Source: a virus (lineage: Duplodnaviria > Caudoviricetes). From it: 63,031 bases of DNA. The stretch lies in IMG/VR virus record IMGVR_UViG_3300045534_000064, positions 1-63,031 of that record; one strand, written 5' to 3'. A model generated the notes under the pieces. The model saw only the letters and a program-made list of their open reading frames with translations, ran no database searches and was not told the DNA's origin. A program made the position numbers and the translations under genes. Positions within the stretch are counted from its first letter, which is position 1. Each line of letters opens with the position of its first letter. Below, in pieces: positions 41,301 through 47,870 of the stretch.

Positions 41301-43286
41301 GAGACAGAAGGCGAAGCGATGTTTGCCAAAGGGATGATCGAGGCGAAATACTCTGGGCGCGATGATGTTGTGATTGCCTCGGCAAAACAGACCGACGAAA
41401 AAAACCAGCTTTACAGTGGCGTGTCTCCTGAAACCATTGCCATATTTGGCGACGTGCTGGGGCAAAAAAAGGTGGCCGAAAAGTTCATTCAAAACATTTT
41501 GAATGAACGCAACGCCATGAAACGCCGGTTGGATCGCGAGCAGATCGAGGGGTTTTCTCAAGACCTGCCGCGAGTGTTGGCTTCGTTTATCACCAGCAAT
41601 GCCCGTTTCGCCGCGCAGAAGTACCACATGCGCGAGATTCGCGAAACAGCGCACTACATGAAGCAAGGTGATTCGCAGACCGAAGCCAAGAAGCTGATTA
41701 CCGACGTGCTGCAAAAAATAGACGAAGATCCGGGTGCGGTGGTGTCTAGTGCCGCATTTTCGTGGTTCATTGGCGGAAACGTGGGTTCGGCCATCACCCA
41801 GGTGACGCAGCCAGTGCTGCAAACCTATGGCGAATTGGTGTTCAAAGGCGGCAAGAAAGCGGCAACCATACATTTTTTGGCGGCTCTGCCTTACGCTGCT
41901 GGCCTGAAACAGATCACAGACCCAGATCTGCGCAAAGCCCTCAAGCGTGCCAGTGAGTTCGGCGTGGTTGAGTCTCAGGAAATTTATCACCTGTACTCAA
42001 CGGGCGCCCGCAACATTGCTTCGTGGATGGCATCAAAACTTGCTGCGTTGCCGGGTGCCAAAAACACTTTGCAGCACGCCGGTTCCAGCGCGCAGATTCG
42101 CTTGCAGGCATTCGGTACGCTGTGGGGGTCAATGTTCGCCGCAGGGGAATCGTTGAACCGCCGAATTTCCTTCATCGCCGCCTACACCATGGCGAAAGAA
42201 ATGGGCAAGACCGACCCGTTCAGCGAAGCCGTAGATGTGGTCGATAACACCCAAGGTATCTTTGACAAGATCAACCGGCCAAATTTTGCGCGCAAAGGTG
42301 GCGGTCGCACTCTGCTGATTTTCCAGCAATTCAAAATCACTTACCTTGAGCAGCTTGGCCGGTACATGAAAAAGGGCGGGCCGGAAGGCCGCCGTGCGCT
42401 GTTGATAATGGCGGCGATCATGATGCTGGCCGCTGGCGAAGAAGGTCTGCCGTTTGCTTTGAACATTGAGGACTTGATTGGCGGCATAGCTCGATTTGCT
42501 GGATACAACCTCAATACCGCCAAGTACAAGCGCGAAAAAGTAGAGGAGTTGCTGAACGCCGCCCTGAGTATTGGGTTCGAGAAGGAGACTGCCGAGAAGT
42601 ACGCCAGACACGGGCGCAACGTGTTCCTGTACGGCCTTTCCTCGCTGACTCCGTTTGATATGTCACGCCTCGGCTTAGGTCGCATACTGCCGACGCAATG
42701 GATGACGGCCCGCACGCCGGGTGAGATGGGGCGTGCCGTGGTGGAAATCATTGGGCCGGTGGGCAGCATGGGCCAGCAGGTGCAAGACGCCTTCGACAAG
42801 GGTGCCGATGATGGATTCCTGTCAGGGTTGTCGCAATTGGCCCCGACCGCCGTGGTCAATGCCAAGAAGGGTGTTGAAATGTGGAACACCGGCGAATACC
42901 GGAATGCCAAGGGAGCCAAGATCGGCAACGTGAATGGGTTTGAAGCCGTTGGCAAGGGGTTGGGCCTGCAACCATCGGCCATCGCATTAAAGAATAGGGC
43001 AGTGAGAGCCGGGTTGCAGGACGTGACGGTGCAAAAGGACATGCAATCCATGTTCCTGAATCAGTACGTCCGAGCCGAACGTGATAACGACACGGAGGAA
43101 ATGAAGCGGATCAGCGAGAAGGTCGACGAGTGGAATGCCAAGAACCCCGAGGCAGAAGTGCGCTTGACGGCAAAGAACATCATCCCCGCGCGCAAGAATC
43201 TGTCGATGGATCTGGAAACGCGCTCACTCAAGAGTGCTCCTAAGCGAATGCGGGGGGATCTCGCAGACACCATCGGGAAACAGTAA
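29379..43286 (+). CDS. Giant polyvalent/DarB-like ejected protein (4635 aa): lytic transglycosylase, ART-like domain, N6 methyltransferase, strawberry-notch SF2 helicase, second ART domain, zincin, PLxRFG
   Basis: QESG...GGMQIIPATF (SLT); RLYHG...WFS; LEPTAGNG and NPPF; GDQTGIGKGR, DESH, QMLGRVHR; VVYHGT...WFT...FDPTQIKSA; HEILH; APLMRFG. Confidence 0.9.
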   Translation: MDKKDTLGLDSLNTSSGLKEIPWDNTSGALTEIPWDTPAKQPGAPDTRQRLRQVDAATLRLLADQEGAGHLVPVIEALYGQESGSGANARTSTDGAQGGMQIIPATFQRYAKPGERIDSPDDNMRVGVRIIKDLANKFGNDPAKIATGYFSGEGNVNPGQGSAWKNDARDGNGKSVSGYVSDVLKRVGGAPTKEQAPQQSAPDLDKAPKWKDVIGKPEYAALSDAEKAEAKAAYFDYWIAPHAGDERDAIRAKFLSQKDEGPSLLSRAASAVGDMFKSEPSIAEKAAALPAKELPTTSRVPVERKVRDAFNAQWDAATPEQRAALAQQPGWQGMLARERAGLFEQAGKAAQGTPSSAMLDPRVEARRAQLIAKGEDPRFAERAAMEGARAGALPGQEVAALGGTAQKSEFDFDTKNLFDPNKNPNGLNNPLTRGIAKGGLGLGKAAAGYTQFVGDVLGIDGMAKSGKRVGGAISGKEDAIGDRGDFLGRNFEGAINSITQQLPLLIGGVKGASEAAVLSGMAFQSFGQEYSDGRAKGQDVAQATTRAAIFAAFEVIGEKFGLGDQLAALKGAAKGMPTDQILGFLGSALKKEIPGELLTTTGQFATDKFAPGGVGLTPQATGADYLKQVADTIAQTFMQSGLMAGGTTGVSKAVQFAREGRDSSAVMANAARESALSKWSQGLGGTPTSANVTPDGRLDPTTAGTSTMTPAEPSPIDVHPTVQTADAIVKELAAQAGIPESTVLPTPAANSAEAVADQDVMDFASVRYDQLRAKRDGSMETVVTEQGPVDQTVPGVGLSAAEAQELAALEKAQGNPQALRALYGFDKPQGTPLQETQNAKTNQQGQAVGPAPSPSAVSTDGQPSGAATVESAAGQAPSAQSSAGAGQRYPGVSAQAPVVSLADRSEEELRQQLRNANSSKVRKAISEELARRKAVEATKTNSRVKPDEPPLAEGMTRLYHGNATPGRYDGKAWFSTQRSYAENYRGSDSELQYVDVPTERINKLADPDGYGQTPDKGFQFNVEFDSADVGVRKPLLQTKPAAPTAEKEAKEQKANGPQAVEAQQAEAQGSEAPAVSTGAVDPAGKTDKKRQAALDRIANGTAYFYTPDKAKDFIKKNGLADTHEAVKNGKRFEIVAKGAEAVGEKPKTEKEAREQREAPGTRINGDVERKAADRLEQLYNQMGNITNRNSLEGNAKAAVQGVIAELRKEKTVSSVTAILNDAADALDRNYRAFADVIREVSDDLGGETAKDSSKAEAVKPKTDQAPKADDFDAMFDDVLAEELAKDEGKTAKPKNERETKYNRLSDEWNALTEKRKAAPESERAAIEERMRAIDLQMRAIQGDVQREAMAEGNAKRKQEAKAKYGAMPIGTRIGLIEFPDNDNIYLEKTGTDEWTRFGIGSDTPTRTSAEMEGDRVIADAGKEARAQRTAAESLASAAKNTAAGLDAAIDGLGKLFGGSGRLSSGLTFDEETYAKAKPLFLQAIANLKDAGSDLKEAMRTVVRMVLDKFGAEAAGNMKPYVVRFIEETAGTEKRAENATTATDLFTPEGKFKVAKEIADFLIGDGSFKTIIEARKQISEIIGRPIEAATELAKQADEAIETGVVLAGREIVEAGRKQGRSPEVIYSRLVDLYNRQPNLSVRSSTSVRDQAYSTPVPLAYLASELAGITYNSKVLEPTAGNGMLLVGAKLENSVANELNPKRAAMLDAMGFKAEQKNAATESMAPAKSQDAVIANPPFGVTKDAQGNTIIYEVKPNYGTREVDHAIAFKALDTMKDDGRAVLIVGGVQSEAEEARREDYRGKSKRTFYFNLYNDYNVVDHFTVDGDLYSKQGASYPVDVIVIDGRGKSARDLPAADLPKIIRSYDELKEKLNGANGVESRADSGTDGVGGRDGQTGSADGEGLGGSTGGSSDEAGTQSQPNGSGSGVRVNGPANGGRPESGGQRVGNGQLESQNAPQPGAGGKQPVSGNGEQQQPGRAGSNRANRSDSVGGSSVVAGERVESGLTDRRGEEQETETQVAYAPHSQASSVGTLVPKAMRDAIDASIQRIEDRVGDLDQYVADSLKMDAETLRANFSAEQVDALALAIDNAESGAGFIIGDQTGIGKGRVVAAMIRYALVNGKTPIFVTEKPNLYSDMIRDLDDIGMTDELALDTKKPRILITNGGESIPYTLIRNKNGEVTETNLTLKSPKSGKALDEMMRDMAASDSLGEYRVIFTTYSQLQTVKSKVTERQRFVKQFGDSNYMIFDESHNAGGGGEQQARSKDQRDAEKKGESTAAGRSGFVRDLVKNAYGTFFSSATYAKRPDVMDLYSSTNMSLAVDRPRDLADAIKRGGVPMQQVVATMLTKDGQYIRRERTFAGVSYDTVETRVDKETAENMASAMRSILAFSRAKEAVIADMQKEMDKQGAMLSAVGGESSSVQGANFGSIMHNLIDQMLLSLKAQDSVNHAIERLKAGEKVVMTVSNTMGSFLKNYAEDMNLNAGDPVALSFSDLYNRYLEKQRIVKIKSANGEVKEHRLTDAELGPSLVAMFQRIKQQIAESGFGSAPISPIDYMHAELRKAGYKTDEITGRTIALNYESGEPVLATRTANIKQRVGAVRGFNNGDTDVLILNQAGSTGLSLHASSKFKDQRKRHMIVVQAEKNIDTHMQMLGRVHRTGQVVAPAYSQMMADIPAEMRPAAVLLKKMASLNANTTASRKSAVTAEGVVDFMNDYGGQVVHEYLRDNPEVYQAIGGSKVIKLVEDPTEDASEDDIRKLTGYIPILPIAQQETIYKDLIDRYNELLERENSLGTNKLEAKALDLDAETIDSQPITEQKESPSIFAAPAQMERVDVKRTVKPYSTAEITDMVKERRGDKTAVQIANEAVARLVERTADYSKKTIEKMQAAEAPDPVRIEATRNQIDMALNIAKTVLSTYRIGDTISITDNNGQVLYGAITDISNSGRTANPAAGSDWKMQIALANGDAKSLTLSFSQLAARYRLAKETSVNWYNAETQALEPMRVLDIFDKGATVRREKRWMVTGNILAGFAQYQGQIVSYTKKDGTIGQGVLMSRQFDFAKEQKNAPVRIKSADAASKFFGATADGATIGTPDAALRIIARGNGYTVLVPSSKKEGGTYFLDSGLTNALGGDFYKTGSVMTARNVTEAQMRNTVEYLLKQREETLVALSNQEQAREMFAVKGEAGPREFNDIASPLPATIKVDGKDRPTRNSQGKNIHPTAEGVRNFWKWFGDSKVVDEQGRPLVVYHGTNRDFNAFERQPWFRKQEGLDSIGSWFTDNPDRAADYGDSIMPVYLKIETPNIYDKFVDLRLDWSEAQPARGDYAAMHKQNKHWGSTEAYRDSVAGTDGVVIKQHGDAEWKNQTAYVAFDPTQIKSAIGNTGAFDGAAPSILNDLSTAPAAAFTRTPEPVRANALTKLKGLERRLSDGSITESEYRLGVQQLIGKLEQRNDARDERRMESGRRRGADWIVAQLRRGVADNTVPRNEADFAEWLLDQNPNLANGLGISISGKDGNGAAGNYNPLAQIAKLFTSANLGSGTAVHEILHHTERMMPVEVQNGVMKAWQRAWDAAYKAGDAKLKAALDDMLAASLGDKNAHGRTKSAFAAGTLRYADHYQLFSPSEFWTVNATNILSGRFAAQGSWVKTAIQWFKEFVQRAKAVFGLRSDAPILEALDDVMKGEGVFQPGAEMMAERVDGASKSGDILYNDIVRKSQERLDEIGFFGNAMHTQKRKGELMPEYGKVWKLARQMQATLARAANRPADMAPGVLAKVDDVGAAAKSLVWINNNHKHKVAAAAALFAGTTAGETALQGRVWTEDEFKQRFSSNEAAWKMYQQSRNAINQSLTEVASAEAYSVVYGLLGKDRKTILESLIDSPQYAESVISEKLNRLISKINAAIEKASEAGNDQQVASLEETRATVEKAQTTLDALFQRAQDLKNAGYAPLMRFGPYMVTVRATDPATGEKILNADGKPITLERHHFETEGEAMFAKGMIEAKYSGRDDVVIASAKQTDEKNQLYSGVSPETIAIFGDVLGQKKVAEKFIQNILNERNAMKRRLDREQIEGFSQDLPRVLASFITSNARFAAQKYHMREIRETAHYMKQGDSQTEAKKLITDVLQKIDEDPGAVVSSAAFSWFIGGNVGSAITQVTQPVLQTYGELVFKGGKKAATIHFLAALPYAAGLKQITDPDLRKALKRASEFGVVESQEIYHLYSTGARNIASWMASKLAALPGAKNTLQHAGSSAQIRLQAFGTLWGSMFAAGESLNRRISFIAAYTMAKEMGKTDPFSEAVDVVDNTQGIFDKINRPNFARKGGGRTLLIFQQFKITYLEQLGRYMKKGGPEGRRALLIMAAIMMLAAGEEGLPFALNIEDLIGGIARFAGYNLNTAKYKREKVEELLNAALSIGFEKETAEKYARHGRNVFLYGLSSLTPFDMSRLGLGRILPTQWMTARTPGEMGRAVVEIIGPVGSMGQQVQDAFDKGADDGFLSGLSQLAPTAVVNAKKGVEMWNTGEYRNAKGAKIGNVNGFEAVGKGLGLQPSAIALKNRAVRAGLQDVTVQKDMQSMFLNQYVRAERDNDTEEMKRISEKVDEWNAKNPEAEVRLTAKNIIPARKNLSMDLETRSLKSAPKRMRGDLADTIGKQ
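34990..35388 (+). CDS. Nested +1-frame ORF (132 aa) in a linker of the giant gene
   Basis: AAGGAG at 34977-34982 before the ATG; globular-looking sequence where the main frame is Gly/Ser low complexity. Confidence 0.5.
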   Translation: MALMAWSPEQTAAPMELVAVMVRPGVLTEKDWAEALADRVTKLARKASPTDLVRACASMGLPTEDDPNQAGNVLVMGNWNLRTHLSLALAESSPFPVTVSSNNPDAQEAIEQTDLTAWVDLALSQVSESSLD

Positions 43287-43683
43287 CGGCTGGACACACG
43301 AAATGCAGGCATCCGTCTGTTGCTTGGTTGCACTTAAATGGGTCACCAAGTGACACTGTACGGCACGCAGGCGGTTGAGTTCGTCAATCGCCTGTTCAGC
43401 GTGAGGGTGGTCGGTGTCGTTGAGGATCAGTTCGATAAAGGGGGTGGGGATGAGCGAGAACGGCATGATCGGCAACACAGTTGATAGGGGCAATTTTCGC
43501 CCAGCAATCTGTATACCACCCGGCACAGGTGACAGAAACGTAAAAGCAATGCTTTCTGTCTTTCTTCCACCTGCACACTTCCTGCACGTTCAGTCCTGCT
43601 CAGTTGTGCAAAATGCTGCAAATCGGAATGGTCGGCCCACATAGGCCAGTAATTAAATCAATGAGTTAGAGTTCGACCACTTT

Positions 43684-43729
43684 GCTACGAACCAGGGGGT
43701 CGTGGGTTCAAATCCTGCCGGGCGCGCCA
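43684..43729 (+). other. attP: attP core: 3' half of tRNA-Arg(ACG)
   Basis: CTACGAA anticodon loop, T arm GTGGG-TTCAAAT-CCTGC, acceptor strand GGGCGCG plus CCA; 5' half of the tRNA absent; adjacent to the integrase. Confidence 0.88.
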
Positions 43730-44892
43730 TTTACAATCAGGGGGTTAGCGTTGATTGCTGGCCCCCTTTCTTTTTGCCCGCTGCACGTTTTCTGCACACT
43801 TTGCAGCAGCAGCGCACTGGCACCCGCCTCGATCTTCTCCACGGCCCGGTACAACTCCAGCAGTTCGGCGGCTGAATAGTGCGTGGTGATGTTGCCGTTC
43901 TTGTGACCGAGCAGGTCTTGCCGGGTTTCGTTGCCCACCCCGACCGCCCGCAGCCGGCGCCCGAAGGTGTGGCGCAGGTCATGGACGTGCAGGGTGCGAA
44001 AACCAGCGGGTGCGTCACGGTCGAACACCTCCCGGTACTTGGCCGCCGCTTTCTTGCGGGCGGTCTGCCAGCCGGTGTTGTTCATGGTTTCGATCCGATC
44101 TTTACGGAACGGGAACACCCACTTGCGGTGCTTGCCGCGCTGGGCCTCGATCACCCTCCGGGCCACGGCGTTTAGCACCACCACGCGGGCGCACCCATTC
44201 TTGGTTTCGGTCAGGACGAATACCGACGCGCCCAATTCCTCGACCTCCTGCTCCTGCCCCCACTGCAAGGCGCAACATTCTTCGTCGCGCACTCCGGTAT
44301 GCACCATGAACAGCGCCATCGGTTGCAGGTGGGCGGGTAGCATCGGGAAAAGGTGGGCCTGCTCTTTCCAGCTTATCGGGTACGGCTCGCGGGCATCGTT
44401 TGCCGGGAGCATGGTCAGCAGCGGCGGGGTTTCCAGCCAAGTGAGGCCAGTCACCGGATCACGCCAACGGCGGGCGGCCAGATTCAGCACGCGCCGCACC
44501 ACGCCCAGCTTGTTGTTGATCGACTTGTTTTTGTTGCCGCGGGCCTTGCACCACGACACAAACGGCTTAAGGGTTTCGTCATGGATGTTTGACAGGGGCA
44601 GGGTGCCGACGTGCGCCACGGCCTGTTCCAGCCATGCTGCGTTGTCGGCTTTGCCCTTGGTGGCATCTTCTTGGATGAATTTGGCCGCTGCGTCTGCAAA
44701 ATACCGCTTGGGACTGACCCCATAGACCGTTTGTTGCCGGATTTCTTCCAGCCGTCTGACAAGGTAGCGTTGCGCTTCTTCTAGCGAGACTGCTTTCGTG
44801 CTTTCTCGAAGCGTGCCAAAGCCTCTGACGCGCTTCTGGATGTGCCAGACCCCGCAGACAAGCCGGAGTCCTGGCATACGCTTGTGCCCCAT
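43708..44892 (-). CDS. int: Tyrosine integrase
   Basis: HTGVR..E, TKNG, HDLRHTFG, LLGH...THY catalytic set. Confidence 0.96.
   Translation of the reverse strand: MGHKRMPGLRLVCGVWHIQKRVRGFGTLRESTKAVSLEEAQRYLVRRLEEIRQQTVYGVSPKRYFADAAAKFIQEDATKGKADNAAWLEQAVAHVGTLPLSNIHDETLKPFVSWCKARGNKNKSINNKLGVVRRVLNLAARRWRDPVTGLTWLETPPLLTMLPANDAREPYPISWKEQAHLFPMLPAHLQPMALFMVHTGVRDEECCALQWGQEQEVEELGASVFVLTETKNGCARVVVLNAVARRVIEAQRGKHRKWVFPFRKDRIETMNNTGWQTARKKAAAKYREVFDRDAPAGFRTLHVHDLRHTFGRRLRAVGVGNETRQDLLGHKNGNITTHYSAAELLELYRAVEKIEAGASALLLQSVQKTCSGQKERGPAINANPLIVNGAPGRI
43739..43775 (+). terminator. Terminator for the reconstituted tRNA after integration
   Basis: AGGGGGTTAGC...GCTGGCCCCCT followed by TTCTTTTT. 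Confidence 0.7.
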
Positions 44893-45110
44893 GTGTCTCC
44901 TTTGCGGCCTGGGGCGCGACCATTCCGGTTGATATAGTCGTCGGCCCAAGCGTCTAGGTCAAGTCGGTCAAACGCCACGCCCTGCGTGCCGATAGGAACC
45001 TCGGTCAGCGCAGGGCGGATCTCCGCGTTGAAGCGGTTGCGATCCACCCCAAGGTAGGCCGGGGCGTCGCGCAGGCGGATAAGGCGGGGGAGGATCACAG
45101 CGTCCCCCAC
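44781..45110 (-). CDS. xis: Excisionase-like HTH protein
   Basis: PRLIRLRDAPAYLGV...FDRLDLDAW; overlaps the int start. Confidence 0.7.
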   Translation of the reverse strand: MGDAVILPRLIRLRDAPAYLGVDRNRFNAEIRPALTEVPIGTQGVAFDRLDLDAWADDYINRNGRAPGRKGDTWGTSVCQDSGLSAGSGTSRSASEALARFEKARKQSR

Positions 45111-45691
45111 TGTTCCGCCATTGCCTTGGCGACCCCGGCGTAAGTCTCGCTACGGATCTTCCAGCGGTCGGCGCTTGGCGGAAGGCGGTTTTGCCCGCTG
45201 TCAGTCTGGTTTCCCCACCGCTTTTTTCCATTGACGATGCGAGGCGCAACGATATTTGTCGGCGTCATTTTTGGCAGACCTTTAAGCCATAAACACGTTG
45301 CCTTGCTGGCATCGTGCCCAAACTGCCACGGTTGAATGATCTGGTCTGGCTTCTTAATGCGCGTGCTGATGCAGCCGATTGAATTCTCAATGGCGATACG
45401 AGGAATTGGCGCCTGCATCAACAAGCGCACAAAGTCCAATGCGTCCTCCGTCAACTGCGGGTCACGCTTTCCTCTGGTTGTCCAGTGCATACCGGAAGCG
45501 CAAAGGTAATCGCACGGCGGGTGGGCAATCATCAAATCCCAACCTTCGTTAAGAATATCTCGCACGTCGCCGTTATAGTGAGGCCCGCTCACATCCGTAG
45601 GCAACAAATCACACGACATCGCTTCATGGCCGGCCTCCAAAAAAGCGTCACGTACCTTGCCGGAGTATTCGCAAGCGACTAGCACTTTCAT
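45095..45691 (-). CDS. Short C5-cytosine DNA methyltransferase
   Basis: VLVACEYSG, SCDL, IAHPPC, IEN, K.TCLW, RS.T..GVA.AMA.QW. Confidence 0.8.
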   Translation of the reverse strand: MKVLVACEYSGKVRDAFLEAGHEAMSCDLLPTDVSGPHYNGDVRDILNEGWDLMIAHPPCDYLCASGMHWTTRGKRDPQLTEDALDFVRLLMQAPIPRIAIENSIGCISTRIKKPDQIIQPWQFGHDASKATCLWLKGLPKMTPTNIVAPRIVNGKKRWGNQTDSGQNRLPPSADRWKIRSETYAGVAKAMAEQWGTL

Positions 45692-45891
45692 TGCTTGCCC
45701 CTCTCCAAAATGGCAGCCACGCAGTCCCGCGTGTCGCCAAACCGCTCAAAATCCTCAAGCAGACGGGCGCACTCCTCACGCTCGGCAGCGGCGACAAGGG
45801 CGGCGAAGCGTTCGAGATCCTGCGGTGTGCGTATAGCCACTTCGCTGAATCCCGCCTCCCGCGCCATGCGTAGGATGTCGTCTCGGGTCAT
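45688..45891 (-). CDS. Hypothetical protein
   Basis: MTRDDILRMAREAG...LERFAALVAAAEREECA module; overlapping start/stop. Confidence 0.65.
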   Translation of the reverse strand: MTRDDILRMAREAGFSEVAIRTPQDLERFAALVAAAEREECARLLEDFERFGDTRDCVAAILERGKQ

Positions 45892-46214
45892 GCTTGCCTC
45901 CTTGCTCGGATGGCAGCGGCGCAGTCTGCCGTTCCGTCTAGATAAGTTTCGAATTCGTCATTCATACCGCCGTATTTCGGGTTGGTCATTTCATCACACA
46001 CCTTTGCACACGCTTCGCGCTCTTCCTCCCGAGCAGCCTCGACCATGCCGCAGAATTGTGTCGTGCGTTGGCCTTCGGCACACTTGCGATAGCCTTGCGA
46101 GATGAGGTGTTCTTCGACTCGGGCGGCGAAGCGCGCAAGTGCTTTCGGGTGTTCGGCGTGGCAAGCTGGCAGATGTGCCTCCCGCGCCATGCGGTTGATG
46201 TCGTCGCTATTCAT
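45888..46214 (-). CDS. Hypothetical protein, same module family as 45688..45891
   Basis: DDINRMAREA...EREACAKVCD...CAAAIRAR. Confidence 0.65.
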   Translation of the reverse strand: MNSDDINRMAREAHLPACHAEHPKALARFAARVEEHLISQGYRKCAEGQRTTQFCGMVEAAREEEREACAKVCDEMTNPKYGGMNDEFETYLDGTADCAAAIRARRQA

Positions 46215-46575
46215 GATTCTTCTCCTTTAACTTGGCTTCGACAGCGTGAACAATCGCCGTCCTATTCATAAGCGGGTGCGGCTCATACGCAATAAGCGAC
46301 AGCCTTTCCTCCTCCGTCAGCCCAACCCACTCACGGCGGGGTGGGTGGGTGTAGAGAGGCAATGCCCGATGCTGCTCGGCAAAGTCCTGCGGGTTGTCGG
46401 TAACGCACACTGACTTTCCATCAAGCGTATAGACCATCCACGCTACTGGCTCCTGCTCCTGCTGCGCCAGTGCGGCGCGGAGGGCGTTGATGGTTTTTTT
46501 GTTGTTTGGATGCCCGCTGATTCTGTCAGCTTTAACCAACGCCTCAAGCGCCTGTTTCATTGCTTCGATGCTCAT
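46207..46575 (-). CDS. Hypothetical protein
   Basis: MSIEAMKQAL...QEPVAW...PLYTHP...WVGLT. Confidence 0.65.
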   Translation of the reverse strand: MSIEAMKQALEALVKADRISGHPNNKKTINALRAALAQQEQEPVAWMVYTLDGKSVCVTDNPQDFAEQHRALPLYTHPPRREWVGLTEEERLSLIAYEPHPLMNRTAIVHAVEAKLKEKNHE

Positions 46576-46591
46576 ACTTCCCCTCCGCCGA

Positions 46592-46885
46592 TCATTCAGC
46601 AGTAACGATAGGTGTTCCAGTGGTTTCGCCAGCCGTTGCTATGGCAATGGCATACTCAAGATTCTGTGCCGCGCGTACATGGTGCAAGATGGGTGCAGGG
46701 AGTGGCTGTGTGTTGTTTTTCGGGTAAATCAACTTCCACTTTTCGCACAAATAATCCTGCACAACGTCTTCCATATAGCATCGCACCTGCAACGCTATTT
46801 CCTCATACGTTCTTTCTGTCCCGTCTATTCTTTCGATGCAATCTTTTAACGCGGCCAGAGCCTGTTTCATGGCTTCAATGCTCAT
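46592..46885 (-). CDS. Hypothetical protein
   Basis: Same MSIEAMKQAL start, GAGG SD. Confidence 0.55.
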   Translation of the reverse strand: MSIEAMKQALAALKDCIERIDGTERTYEEIALQVRCYMEDVVQDYLCEKWKLIYPKNNTQPLPAPILHHVRAAQNLEYAIAIATAGETTGTPIVTAE

Positions 46886-46895
46886 CGAATAATCC

Positions 46896-47870
46896 TCATG
46901 TCAAAACCTCATCAAAAATGGAAAGTTGAGAAATCCTTGATGTCATGGCCGCGGCAATGCGCTGCTGTTGAAGTACGCAATACTCCGCGTTCAGTTCGCA
47001 CCCCAAATAATGCCGGCCATGTTGGATCGCCACGGCAGCAGTCGTTCCGCTTCCCATGAACGGGTCAAGCACAATGTCGCCGGGGCGACTACCCGCCAAG
47101 ATGCAGGGTTCAATAAGCAAGGGCGGGTAGGTGGCAAAGTGAGCGCCCTTGTAAGAGCGTGTTGGGACTGTCCAAACGCTGCGCCGGTTGCGTGTTTCGT
47201 AAATCTTGGTGATTTTGTCGAAGCCTCCGGTGGTCTCGCGCATTCCTGAATCGCGCTGCCCCTTGTGCGGAGCTTTGTTGCGCTTGGCGATTTGCAACTC
47301 TGCCGGTGTGACGCTTTGTTCTTTAATCGCCTCGCCGTCGAAGTAATACCGCTCCGACTTGCTCAGCAGGAAGATGTACTCATGCGCCTTTGTGCAGCGG
47401 TCGCGCACCGACTCGGGCATCGGGTTCGGCTTGTGCCAGATAATGTCCTGGCGCAAGTACCAGCCGTCAGCGCGCAAGGCGAATGCCAGCATCCACGGAA
47501 TGCCGATCAGGTCTTTTTCTTTGTATCCTTCTGGTCGCGCACGCTTGTAATCTATCAACACGCCCTTGCTATTGCGCGTCAATTCACCAGCAGTTTCTGG
47601 CTTTGTCTGCCTAACCCGAGCCGCATAGCTATCCCCAATGTTGAGCCACAGCGTCCCATCATCGGCCAGCACATCGCGCACGCACCGAAACACCTCCACC
47701 AACGCGGCGATGTACTTCTCGGGCGTCTGCTCCAAGCCGATCTGCCCATCCACGCCGTAATCGCGCAGGCCAAAGTAGGGCGGGCTGGTCACGCAGGTCT
47801 GCACCTTTACGCCTTCGCTGGCCCATCGGCGCATGATTTCGCGGCAGTCTCCAAATTCGATCTTGTTCAT
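46896..47870 (-). CDS. Beta-class N4C/N6A DNA methyltransferase
   Basis: TSPPY before DPFMGSGTT; IIWHKPNPMPES; HFATYP. Confidence 0.92.
   Translation of the reverse strand: MNKIEFGDCREIMRRWASEGVKVQTCVTSPPYFGLRDYGVDGQIGLEQTPEKYIAALVEVFRCVRDVLADDGTLWLNIGDSYAARVRQTKPETAGELTRNSKGVLIDYKRARPEGYKEKDLIGIPWMLAFALRADGWYLRQDIIWHKPNPMPESVRDRCTKAHEYIFLLSKSERYYFDGEAIKEQSVTPAELQIAKRNKAPHKGQRDSGMRETTGGFDKITKIYETRNRRSVWTVPTRSYKGAHFATYPPLLIEPCILAGSRPGDIVLDPFMGSGTTAAVAIQHGRHYLGCELNAEYCVLQQQRIAAAMTSRISQLSIFDEVLT

Larger units (their letters stand above)
43571..43801. repeat. Integrase arm-type sites CTGCAC(A/G)(C/T)TT flanking the att core
   Basis: Pairs at 43571/43582 and 43781/43792; IHF consensus AATCAATGAGTTA at 43656-43668. 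Confidence 0.7.

Noticed and set aside
43224-43466. Small minus-strand ORF between the giant gene and attP
   Set aside because: No clear SD or motif, and it overlaps the giant gene end; possible but unsupported.
43650-43729. Complete tRNA-Arg gene
   Set aside because: Sequence upstream of the anticodon loop cannot form the D arm or the 5' acceptor strand; it is an att core.
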